Assembly: GCF_000150275.1 (NCBI RefSeq)
Contig: NW_002060947.1
Span: forward strand, 2,841,740-2,905,739
Direction of reading: 5' to 3'
Length of the DNA stretch: 64,000 nucleotides
Origin: Trichoplax adhaerens
Lineage: Eukaryota > Animalia > Placozoa
Within the stretch, counting starts at the first letter, position 1. Each line of letters begins with the position of its first letter. A program made the position numbers and the translations under genes. Of this stretch, positions 26,101 to 37,500 are shown piece by piece. Below the pieces are notes generated by a model that worked only from the letters and a program-made list of their open reading frames with translations, was not told where the DNA came from and searched no databases.

Positions 26101-27620
26101 TTGCTATACTACGAACATACGGCAATGAGTAGTATGGTGGCATACAAACTTTTCATAGCTAAAACTCTCTGCCCGTTGCATAAGAGTTCGTTCATCGATT
26201 ACCATTTACTTGCTACATTTACGTAATCGTTTATGATTGCGATGGTGCAACGAAGCAATGCGGTATATCGTTGGAATGCGTTATCACAGTACATAAGTCA
26301 GCGGGCAATGTCTAAGAAATTAACTATAAGTATACAGTATTACGTTAAGCAAACACTTATAAAATGATAATTAATGATAATAATCACTCTCGAAGGGAAA
26401 TGATTAGATAAATAGTATTAAATTTATTAAGAATAGAGGAAAGTATTTCACCAAAATAACACGAGCGTCTGTTGCTCTATGTGTAATATTACGAATCCGA
26501 TTTATTTTTGACATTAGCTGCGCTAACATTAGTTGATAATTGAGTTTTTGTCATATAACATATAGTAAAGACATTAAATGAAGTTACAATAACAGTAGTG
26601 CAATCTGAAGGAAACCCCCTAAAAGACTCTAAAAAGTGAAGGCTTAAGTTTGTATTGTAACAAAGGCATTAAATCAATATATAGCAGTTTGAATACACCG
26701 TTAATACTGGCAATGCTGAAAAATGAAAATTTAAATTAAAAGCTAATAGCTATTAATAGAATTTAATTATCGTCGCTTCTAATCATAATTATGGTGTTCT
26801 GTTTCAATCTAACAGCACAAAATAAAGGAGAAATCATAGCCTGAAAGCTTATGATGAAGTTAAATAACGCTTGTTTATAATGATTTTTATCAAATAGACT
26901 ATTCTACTAGGTTTATATAATTTCTTGATTTGGAATGTAACTATGAGATGATGCAAAGAAAGCGAAGATGAAATACTTTGGATAGATTTTTTAATAATCA
27001 CCTCTAAAGTCTAGTACCACCGAATAGTGATTAGGCCATGATACGATACCTAAGTTAAAAATCAGTTGAGATATAATAATCATGTCCTTCTGTTATGTAA
27101 TATATATTCATCATTAGTTTCCGTGGAATGTAACAGTATAATATACATGTTGATACAACGGTATTACTATATGATGGCAATATCAATATTTATAACCGTA
27201 TTATAACAAAATCAATAAATCTACTCAAGATTAGCTTTTACTTATGTCATAATAAAATACTTGGTACTTGAAGTACATCGGACTGAATAAAAAGTTAAGA
27301 TAGTAATCTTACTAATTTATCTGCAGTGTATACAGAATAGCGACAATTGAAATTGAATAAAAAAGCACACAAGTACATGTTGAAATAGAGCTATTAGTAG
27401 TATATAGTACAATTAGCAGATTGAAGAAAAAGCTATAACATTGTTGCGTCTACAATAAAAGGTCGATTAAACCAATTTGCCATGCAAACTGGATAGGATT
27501 TATAGCAGAAACAGTTTCAGGATAAATCCTCTATGTAATCTTAATGGGATGATTAATCTTGGTATCGGACTTAAAGGACTGTGCGCCTGATGCTGCTTAT
27601 TGCTGATAATAAGGATGATT

Positions 27621-29228
27621 TTATTCAAATAGATCTTTAAAAGCACTCCTTTGACTAGGCGGTATTAATTCGTAGGGCAAAGTTTCCGGTAAATCTTTGC
27701 CTTCTAGCTTAATTCTAATTAAGTACATACACAAAGCAAATTCTTCTATGTCTAACTGGCCGTCCTTGTCAACGTCAGCCAACAAAAATATGCGGCCTAG
27801 CAGATTATTAGATAATCTTGATTTAATCATTTCTTCGCGTGCTACATCACCATGAACTTTACCGTTTATAGGATCTAACGTCTCAAATACCTGATCGTAC
27901 TCTTTCTTGTATCGTACGACTGGCCATCGGGTTAACCGAATTTTACGTGTACCTTCTAAAGCCTCTATCAACGCAGTCTTATGGAATGGCCCTACATTAC
28001 CATCGAATGCACCGCCACTTACAGTCTCACTGGCTTTGGGAACCTGACTTATAATATCAGGTAAATCCAGAAAAAGAAACTCGTCTAAGCGATGCATTAA
28101 TTTTGATCGAAAAGGGGGTATACGGTTTACATCAATGTTAGATAGTTTAGCTTGCATCTCTTCAATTGGTGGAAAATCGCCATCAGGTAAATTGAATACC
28201 TCTTGTACTCTTTTATAGATATGTGCCATATTTTGTAGCAATTCATTCTTTCTTTTGGCTCGATTTGCTAAGCGTGACGGTAAATGTTTATGAATATAAG
28301 CAAGAACGTAAGTATGAACTTTAAGAAGCCTTGTGCGTTCGATGACATCATTTATAGTTCGTAAGATAACATAACGAGGTAGAGAGCGTATGTCTTCTAA
28401 TAAATCAAGCTTTTCAGCTTCAAAATAATCCCTTTTTTCATTTTTCTTCAATGGTTCTTCCCAAAATGAGCCGACGAATACGCGTGGTACTTCGGATGCC
28501 TTAATAATTTTAGTTAAATACCACATTAGAGCACCATGCGCACGAATTAAATCTTGCTCTTGTACTGAATCAGCTTTATTCATGACAATGCGCAGTTTTT
28601 TAATGTGTCTGCCAAGTGATCGTGCAACATTAACGAATTCATCACCAAAATCAAATTTGTGTGTATCAAAAAAGAAGACAATCCGATCAGCTCTAATAGC
28701 AAACCATTTAATAACTTTTTCCATCTCGTATCCACGTCCGTGCATATAGTCTTCAACATTAACAATACCTGGGGTATCTATAATCGTTAAATTCTCGAGT
28801 ACTTTTGAATTACATTTCGAGCAAACGAAATTTCTTAAGAAAGCATTACCAAACTCAGCTAAGCCACCATAGCGTTCTTTTTTATCGACCACGAGTGTAC
28901 TACCTGGCAGCAGCTGGTCTTCGTCGCCTTTCGTGATTAGAGTGAAATTATCGGTAGTGGGTTCTGGGCCAATTCTTTCTCCAGGATAGCTACGGCCCAA
29001 TAAATAGTTAATAAATGTCGTCTTTCCTGTTGAATATTGACCCGTCACCATAATTAATGGCGTAGTCGCAAAATCTGCACTAGTAAGCTGTCTGGCATGA
29101 AGTTCATTGAATTTAGTATATAACTCTAGTGGCAATACTTTATTAGTGTACGCTTCCCTTAAGTTTTCTAAAGCGGCTTCTGGCGATGGTTCAGGCAAAT
29201 TCTCCCATGTATTATTACTGTCTGTCAT
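27621..29228 (-). CDS. EHD-family ATPase, divergent tandem paralogue
   Basis: Uninterrupted 535-aa ORF with GQYSTGKT, GPEPTTD, DTPG, NKAD, GPF and a C-terminal EH domain. Probable 5'UTR intron at about 29239-29415. Confidence 0.94.
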   Translation of the reverse strand: MTDSNNTWENLPEPSPEAALENLREAYTNKVLPLELYTKFNELHARQLTSADFATTPLIMVTGQYSTGKTTFINYLLGRSYPGERIGPEPTTDNFTLITKGDEDQLLPGSTLVVDKKERYGGLAEFGNAFLRNFVCSKCNSKVLENLTIIDTPGIVNVEDYMHGRGYEMEKVIKWFAIRADRIVFFFDTHKFDFGDEFVNVARSLGRHIKKLRIVMNKADSVQEQDLIRAHGALMWYLTKIIKASEVPRVFVGSFWEEPLKKNEKRDYFEAEKLDLLEDIRSLPRYVILRTINDVIERTRLLKVHTYVLAYIHKHLPSRLANRAKRKNELLQNMAHIYKRVQEVFNLPDGDFPPIEEMQAKLSNIDVNRIPPFRSKLMHRLDEFLFLDLPDIISQVPKASETVSGGAFDGNVGPFHKTALIEALEGTRKIRLTRWPVVRYKKEYDQVFETLDPINGKVHGDVAREEMIKSRLSNNLLGRIFLLADVDKDGQLDIEEFALCMYLIRIKLEGKDLPETLPYELIPPSQRSAFKDLFE

Positions 29229-30188
29229 CTTAGCGTTACTATTTAATTAATTCAGTTAGTAAAAATTGAAATGTTTAATCCAATCGATCGATCAGCAATA
29301 TACAATATACACGTATAACTTCAATTCTTGAACTAAAAAATTACAGATAACAATCAACTGTAACTTGGCAAGTCATGAAGATTTGTAAGCCTGTATAACG
29401 GTTCATCAGACTTACCGACGCTGAATAATGGCTCTCGAAAACCTGCTTAGTAAAATATAGGTACTTATATACTGTACATCTTACTGCATATTGGATTTGC
29501 TTTAAAACCCGTCATAGTTACGGTTAGACGTACGCGTACTGCTATGCCATATGGCTGGCTTTCCGTTGATGTGACGTAAGCAAGGCGACTACTATCCTTT
29601 AGTATAGAATTACAGATGGACTAGCAAGAGTGATACACTTTCGCAGACAACATGTATCCCACTATGATTTTTAAGAATCTGCGGTATCCAGTTTAATAAA
29701 TTGGCGTTGTCTGCTGATAATATAATTATTTTTGATTTCGCTCCGGACAATATTTATATCTACCACTCAGTAAAAGATCTTATGAATTTTGTATTTACTA
29801 ATTTGTATTTGAATTCAATTCATTTTCATAAAGTTAAAATTGAAATAAGCTGCATAACTTATAAATTCATTATCTTTGCTGAAGGGCATACTATTAAAGC
29901 AGTCAGCAATAGAGCTGAGTTAGCTTGATGCTATAATCATATCCGAATTAAAAACTTTTCAACAGTTCGCTTACAAGGGTAACGTAAATAATATCATTAA
30001 TGAATTCAGTGTCACAATTAAAAATAGCAAAACCTGCAAATCAAACTAAATTGTATCGCTAGTAATACAGTCACTGGAGGTAAAAACTACGCTTTCTTTA
30101 TTATATATTAAATTATACCAAGCGGATAAGATTCAAATATATTTATAATCATAGAAAAATGATAGCATTTTCTAATTTACTATAGTGG

Positions 30189-33100
30189 TTACATAAATGT
30201 ACTTTTTGATTTATTATAAGCGAACGGTTCACATCCTTTGACTTCACTTTCATCGCCAACATACACGTCGTTATAAAGATCTTCTAAGGGTAACTCTTTA
30301 CCGTTTTGGGCCTTCTTTAATTCACCACTGACGTAATTTTTAATTTCGTTATCGATACCCTTTCAAGCAGGACACGTAAATTATCATTTTGTGAAAAAGT
30401 AGTGAAGCCAAATAGAAGACCATATATTAGACTGAGCTCATCTATTACATTAACAAGCTCAAAATATAGCACTGTAGTGAATTTAAATTAGAATATCTGT
30501 GCTATCCTAAGTACCATCATTTCAGGACTAGAGCAATCGAGGTTATCGGTTTTGTAAATAAGATACCTTAATTTCATCTTCAGTAGCAAGGCTACTATCT
30601 AATAGCTTCTTCTTTAGCATCGCAATTGGATCACTCGTTTTACGAACATGATCAATTTCATCTCTCGTGCGGTAACTATTTAAAATTATTTAAAAATGTT
30701 AAATATAATACAATGTCTTTTGTGGGTTTATAAATCTTATGCTACTATGCAACGAAAAGTTTTTGATATAGGAGTTGCTACGTTATTACCTAATACCAGG
30801 ATCGCTAACACTGTGACCTTTATATCTGTAAGTTTCTAATTCTATAATAATCGGTCCCTAATACAATACCCAAAAAACATGAATAGACTGAAAAATATTA
30901 TCGTACATTTTGTCACAGTTATAACTATTCACATACCTTTCCATTACGACACCAATCAGCCGCAAATTTTGTCACTTCTCTAACAGTAATCACATCATGT
31001 CCATTTGCCTTATTAATAGAAAAGTATGTGGTCAAAACCATAACATAAACTTATTCACAGTATCATTTGTAGGCCATATATCGTGTATCGGTCTCACCCT
31101 AATTCCGGGTATATAATCTCCTCTTGTATAGTATTCGGTGGAAGCAGATGCACGTTCTACTGATGTTCCCATTCCATATTTATTATTTTCGCATACAAAA
31201 ATGCATGGGAGACTCCATAACTTGGCCATATTGAAAGTCTCAAATACCTATTTTAACGAAGAATGCAAATAAAATTTTGTAGACAAATTTCTACGTATAG
31301 CAATCAACACCAAGAAAATATGCTTTGTAGGAAGAATACATTGAGTGAACATAGCGAAACCACAGCTTACCTGGCCTTGATTAGCTGCTCCATCCCCATA
31401 CAAGGTAATACAGACCTTATTGTCTTTGTTGTACTTATGAGCAAATGCAATACCAGCTCCTAGGGGAACCTGTACGCAGATAGTTTCAAAATATTTCTAA
31501 TTTGCAAGTACTCTTAAATAATTATAATGTATCAAACTGACTATGATCGCTTCCAACAAGTACCTGAGCTCCAACAATACCATTACCGCCATAGAAATTT
31601 TTTCCATACATGTGCATAGATCCACCTTTTCCTCGAGCACATCCATTTTCATGACCTAAAATAAATACATATACGTGTATGTCGTTACATAGTGTTTATA
31701 CGGAGAAAAGAGCATTCAGTAATACGCTGTACTCAAGACAATCTAGTTTCAAGAGTAAGATTTATCTTCGGCTGAATATTTATACGTATCTCAATCCATA
31801 CCAATTAATTCCGCCAAGACCCCTTCCACACTTACTCCACGCAGATAAGTCCAACCATGCGCTCTATAAGCAGTAATAATGCTATCTTCTGGTGTTATTG
31901 CGGCTTCGATTCCAACAGCACAAGCTTCCTGAATATTATAGAGGCATGAAAATGTATATAACCTTAATACCGGCATAACTTAGCATCAGGAAGTAAATTA
32001 AATTTCTTTTTATATATAAACATGAGATGTTAAATATAAATATAAAGGTACTATTATTTAGGAGATATCGAAGTATCATGCTCTTTATATTAGATACCAG
32101 AACATACGTTGCGCTCCATTTTACATTATAAACCTTGATAGATATATCACATACCTGGCCATTATACAGATGACAAAATCCGCGAATCTGTTTTGATTTA
32201 TATAGGTTATCAGCTGTCACTTCCAGCCGCCGAATTGTTTGCATCTGCTTGTAATATTGGAGTGCCTCACTGCGTGTTATAGTTGCTGCTGTTGGTAATT
32301 CATTTTCTAAAGCGTGGACCTGGTATGGCTATGCGAAAGTATGATGATTACTAACGTTTATGTATGAATCGTGGTACCATATGACAGGCGAGTGTTTTCG
32401 ATACCGAAATTAATTTGAGATGATTATGTCACGTTATTACTACAAATTAAGAGCTGACTTATAGATAATTTTAATTAATAACCCACTGTTTTTACCAGAG
32501 CTATTACTGGATAAAATCGTCATGTAAAAGTGATAATATCATGTGCAAAGCTACGTACAATTGAAAGCAATAGAGATAACATCTTCCAGTAAAATCGAAT
32601 GACAGTATGCTAGACAAACGCTGCATTGACTTTCCTATATTGAATTCGAGACTGTTTATTCAATTTGATATCACTGAAAAATATGCATGCAATTGCAGAT
32701 GGTGTTGTAAATTTACTAAGTTCAACTATTTTTAGTTACATTGGTGTCATAGTAAAGTGAGTAATCGAAATACAGTAGAAAGTTTATATATAATTTACTA
32801 TAACTGTTCATATGTTTGCAAGGGAATGAATTGTTATTACCAATAACTGAAATTCAGCTTGGCCTTCAGTAGCTGTTGACGAGAATTTGTTGCCATAACC
32901 AACCTGCAGTGAAAATAGGATTAGTTAAAGCAGTAGTATTGTTAATGGAGGTCACAAAAAGTAATATTACGCGACTATAGTCGATAAACTTGCATTGACA
33001 ACTGTTATGCCTGTTGGTTTAATTGAAGCTCAAGACATTTATGGTCTTCTTAGATAGAACAGCCTCATAGCGTCGATGTTTTTTACAAGCAGTAAATATT

Positions 33101-33391
33101 GGTTACAATGCTAACTCTGATCATTTGAAACAGATAATTTAAAATGATTTTCAAAGCGTAGCTGCTTTCGTTAACGTAAACTGTAAACGATAAATTAATA
33201 ATTATATATACATATACTGTACATATATTTTATTCACAGTATGGGTTATACACTAAGGCGTACATTATTCTGTACAGTACAACATGATGTAAGCATTAAC
33301 GACAGCTTTTCGAGAAAGAATGAAACTTTACCAGTTGACGGATTCCAGTGAATCTAGCAAATCTGTGAAGGCTGCTGCACCTCTGGAGCAT
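30189..33391 (-). CDS. PDHA1: Pyruvate dehydrogenase E1 alpha subunit, mitochondrial
   Basis: Exons 33391-33332, 32903-32841, 32328-32155, 31928-31802, 31655-31564, 31469-31371, 31247-31098, 31008-30937, 30857-30790, 30675-30567, 30359-30189. Motifs [35 protein letters not shown] and [16 protein letters not shown], plus a basic N-terminal presequence. Confidence 0.97.
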
Positions 33392-33592
33392 GTCGTATCG
33401 GATTGCTTAGTTAGTTTTTCCCTCAACAATTGCAATTAATTAATACTCTGCTATATTGGAGATTAATGATGCTAGTGCGGCAAGTCTGTAGATTAGAGCA
33501 TTCATCTAACTTGCTCCATTCCACTGAGCGAATCGGTTTTTAAGCGTGGAGGAAAAATCATCTGCTACAGTCAGTTTCCAGTTTCCAGTTTC

Positions 33593-33750
33593 CAGTACTG
33601 TACACTGTACATTACAGTACTGTACACTGTACATTACAGTACTGTACACTGTACGGTACAGTAGCTACAGTACTGTACTGTACTGTATACAGTACTGTAG
33701 GCACGTGTACCGTACTCGTACAGTACAGTATATTGTACTGTACAATTGTA
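33593..33750. repeat. GTAC-based array upstream of PDHA1, including a 22-bp tandem repeat x3
   Basis: CAGTACTGTACACTGTACATTA occurs three times at 33593-33658 (third copy imperfect), followed by GTAC[A/T] runs. Confidence 0.85.
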
Positions 33751-33779
33751 AAGCACTCGAACGTCTCAAATGATACTAT

Positions 33780-33943
33780 AGTGTACAGACACGCGATACA
33801 GCTGAAATGACCGATAAAATAATCAGCTTCTAACTTCATTAGTATAGCGAAACAACCGTTTCTTGTCGTCCCGTCTCCGTCGAGGTGAGAAAAAACTTGT
33901 TTTTCTTACCTCTACGCCCGTCTCTTTCTTTTACTAGTCCCTG
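33780..33943 (-). mobile_element. Single arm of a family A MITE (copy 3)
   Basis: After removing a nested 39-bp insertion, the reverse complement aligns to copy 1 at 385 to about 500. The first 29 nt match 27/29, and shared blocks include GAAACGGTTG, TTCGCTATACTAAT, GCTGATTATTTTA and GGTCATTTCA. No partner TIR found. Confidence 0.85.
33878..33916. mobile_element. 39-bp hairpin insertion with a perfect 8-bp target duplication
   Basis: CGTCGAGGTGAGAAAAA-ACTTG-TTTTTCTTACCTCTACG (arms 15/17) is flanked by CCCGTCTC at 33870-33877 and 33917-33924. It is absent from the homologous position of MITE copy 1. Confidence 0.75.
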
Positions 33944-33950
33944 GTACTGT

Positions 33951-34540
33951 CATAGACTGCAGTACTAGAAGAAGACCTGGACTGATCACCCCCTCAGACA
34001 GACGGACTTTTCTTAGCAAATGAGGCTGTCAATATCAAAAAATGACTACTTAGGTAATATTGCATAGAATTCTATGATCTGTTACATTGATAATCATCGA
34101 CTCTAATATACTGTATATTAAAAAAAATTTTGTATCGCGTGCGCAACCATTATCCCAACCAACCAAATCCTCTCTACTGTAAATTGTATAAAGTTGATAG
34201 GACGGACGGATACTTGGATTACTACAGATATTTTCGCCAGCAAAGTCAGCGGGTCTAAACTCGCACAGTACAGTAGTTATACAGTATATACAGTACTGTA
34301 TAAGATCATAAACGCTATTTACTGTACTGTAAATTAGTACCAGTGATTTAGAAAACAGATACGGAAGATCCATATTAATTAAGAAAACATCGGCCAATTC
34401 AAAATCGGCCGCCGACTGCATACTAAAGTAGTGCCATAACGAAGTGTTTGGCATAATATTTTGACGAGATGAGGCCTGAAATGTCCGCCCGTCCAAGAGT
34501 GATCAGTTTAGGTCTTCTATGGTACTAAAGGTAGTCTATG
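33951..34540. mobile_element. 590-bp non-autonomous TIR element (family B)
   Basis: Left end CATAGACTGC...AGAAGACCTGGACTGATCAC...GACAGACGGAC matches the reverse complement of the right end CATAGACTAC...AGAAGACCTAAACTGATCAC...GACGGGCGGAC over about 60 bp. No clear TSD. Confidence 0.7.
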
Positions 34541-37500
34541 CAGTGACGCCGGTGATACTGTCCGACATACAGTACTGTACATTAGCGCTAGTAGAGCCTT
34601 ATGGAGACGTACACGGATTACAGTTAATAACATTTTTTAAACATACTGTATACAGTACTAGGAAACGGTGCAAAAACGCAGAATACTGCTGTATAAGCAA
34701 CCAACAACTAAGATTTCACTAACAGTACTGTCCTACAGTACAGCGGAGTAACGTGTTAAGGAAGTTATCGACAAATATTATTATTATAGGCACTACTGTA
34801 CAATATTAGTTTTGCATTGGTAATATAATAAACAGGATTAAATTGTCTTATCAGTGCAGTGCAAAGCCTTTTTTTACTTTACTTTACACCGCAACATGCA
34901 CTTGAATAAGTAATTATGTAAGTTATAAATTACGTCATGGACTACAAGATATATCGGTACATCTAGCAGTCCTTACTTACGTTAATGCAACTCTGAATGT
35001 AGGGAATTAGCCCAGTAATAGCCATGCTGTAACATAGAGGGTATCTTAAATTAGAATAAATAGAGCCCTGAATTTTTTATTTGGTACTTCTATAGTAATA
35101 CTGAACAATGATTAATTATTTAAAGAATATAAAAGCTGCAGTGTGGAATTAATATTGATAGTTAATATAAACAAGCTTGCTTTAATTTTCTTATTTCCTA
35201 TAACAAATATTATTTACTACATGGGTCACGACATTTTGTATCCGTTGAATCGTAAAACAATAGCAAGCAATAATAGCCGCCCGGTTCATTGAAAAATGAT
35301 ATTTATTCGTTTACATGGCCTAATTATCAGTTCAATCTTCGTGGAGTACCGTACAATCTGGCTATAATTCTACGGGTATAATAAATTTTAATTCGATTGA
35401 ATAACAGTGGTGATGTCATCACATTGATTATTTTGTCTTTACAGATTCATTTTCTACATAAATTAGACTGGGGTAAATAACTACCGCGGCATAAATTGAT
35501 CTAATAGCCACATTACACTCGAATAAAGTGCAAGAAAATGTTATAATTTATTTGAGAGTTACCGCTTCTAGACGAGGGGTTCACAATTACTATCTTGAAA
35601 ACAGACATTGGCTTTTACTTTCTGTGTGAAAGTGCGATTATATTGATGTTGTAGTGATAACTACCAGCGTTACACGATCCATTTCTAAATTGCTGACGAT
35701 AGGAGTATACTGTAGTATGTGATACATCACTTTTAAACGGATGGCATGTCACCTTGCGAATTATTCGAGATGGCAAAATCTCAACACGAATACAAGTACT
35801 CTTATTACTTGTATATGCATATTGATACTGACTTAATTTGTGATAAAAATAAAATATTAATGAATAAAATAATAAACAAAGACGCTAATCTGAATGTAGT
35901 AAAAAGGTTGCTTTGTTTGTAGGCTTGCATTGATAATGCTTATTTAATACTCTAGGATCCTTCCTGTTGAATGACGTTGCTATCATCAAACTAAATGTTT
36001 TTTTATGTTTTTCCGGCTAATGAAATTGATAGTAAATCATCAAAGGATAGAAGATTTACTGAGATTCCCTTTGGTAAATATGTAAACAAGATGCAATTAT
36101 GGTACTCGTAACGGAAAATTTATAAATATTTTAAGGCAGTTTTTAGCAATAATTAAACGATGCTAAATTTAATATGTGGAGCAATAACGTAACTTTGGGC
36201 AAGGAAAGTGTGTTGGGTAGTAGAGCTTAGTTGGATAGCTAAATAAACTACGGTAAAATAAAATATTCGTCTTTTTTGGTATAACACTACTACCTTAACC
36301 TACTCTGAAATACCGCTAGTTATACTTGTGTTTGTAACGATTGATTCCTTTTCTTCTTGCACTATGCATCGATTGTTGTTGTTGTTTTCATATTCGTCAT
36401 TATATTTACGATATTTTATTACCGTTATTACTAATAATATCGTCAACAGGATATGCAATACGAATAATATGACCAATTTGCTAATAAAATTAAAAGAACC
36501 ATGCCTACAGCATTACATAAACTGGCATAAATGTATCATGATTTAAATCGGAGGACATAAAACAAGCGGCAAATGTATATCAAAGGATTAGAGCTATAAT
36601 TTTCCTATATGCTATAAATTGCAGTAGTTATTAGGGACTGCATAGGTCGGCATTTTAACCTAATCGGTTATTGAGTTGACAAACTTAACTAACAGATGGT
36701 AGATTAATTTACTTCAAGAAATAAATTATTTGGGAAACACATAAATGCAGTACCCAAAATTCTTTGATATCTTTACTGTAATAAGAGATTACCCAAGTTT
36801 ACGTTGTAAAGCTACAAAATCGTTTCGTTGTTTTTAATACAGTCGTACTTATTGTATTGGAGCATACAGGAAGTGCTAAAGTTGTAAAATATTATTAGTG
36901 CTAGTTAGAGTATATGAGAGTCTTTGCGCATAACGTCATGTTATTGGTTACTCGAAGAATTCTAACGGATATCGAGATGTGACGGAAGTTCATTATTGTC
37001 ATTTAGTTGTTATTGCGATTAAATTTTCAATAAAAAGCCAGCATTGTCTACTTTTGTTGCTATAATGCAGATGCAATAGATGACCTTGTTCTTTTGCACA
37101 TAAGAAGATTACGATAAAAATATTTCTTAATGTAAAGGATACAAAATAGAATGTTTGGCTTTGTTTTGTTTTCTAAATTAGAAATTAAAACGATAATCTA
37201 TACGTTCTGTCATTTTCTATTGGCAATAATTACGTTTACATGTATTAATTCTAAGCCCAAAACGCTATTTTTAGTTACTACTCTGACGCAATGTACGGCA
37301 CTCTGATCACTAGCAGATTATGTTTTCAACTTAGGTTATTATTAATCTTTTTACGATCAATTGTTATCATTGTCTATGGGAAATTTTAAAATTTTAAAAA
37401 TCAGCAATGGTAGGAATAATAAATCAATACATATATAATCCATAGTTTCTCAACAGAAAATTGCTATTCTATACCCTTAAAAATTTATTGCCTGCAAGAT

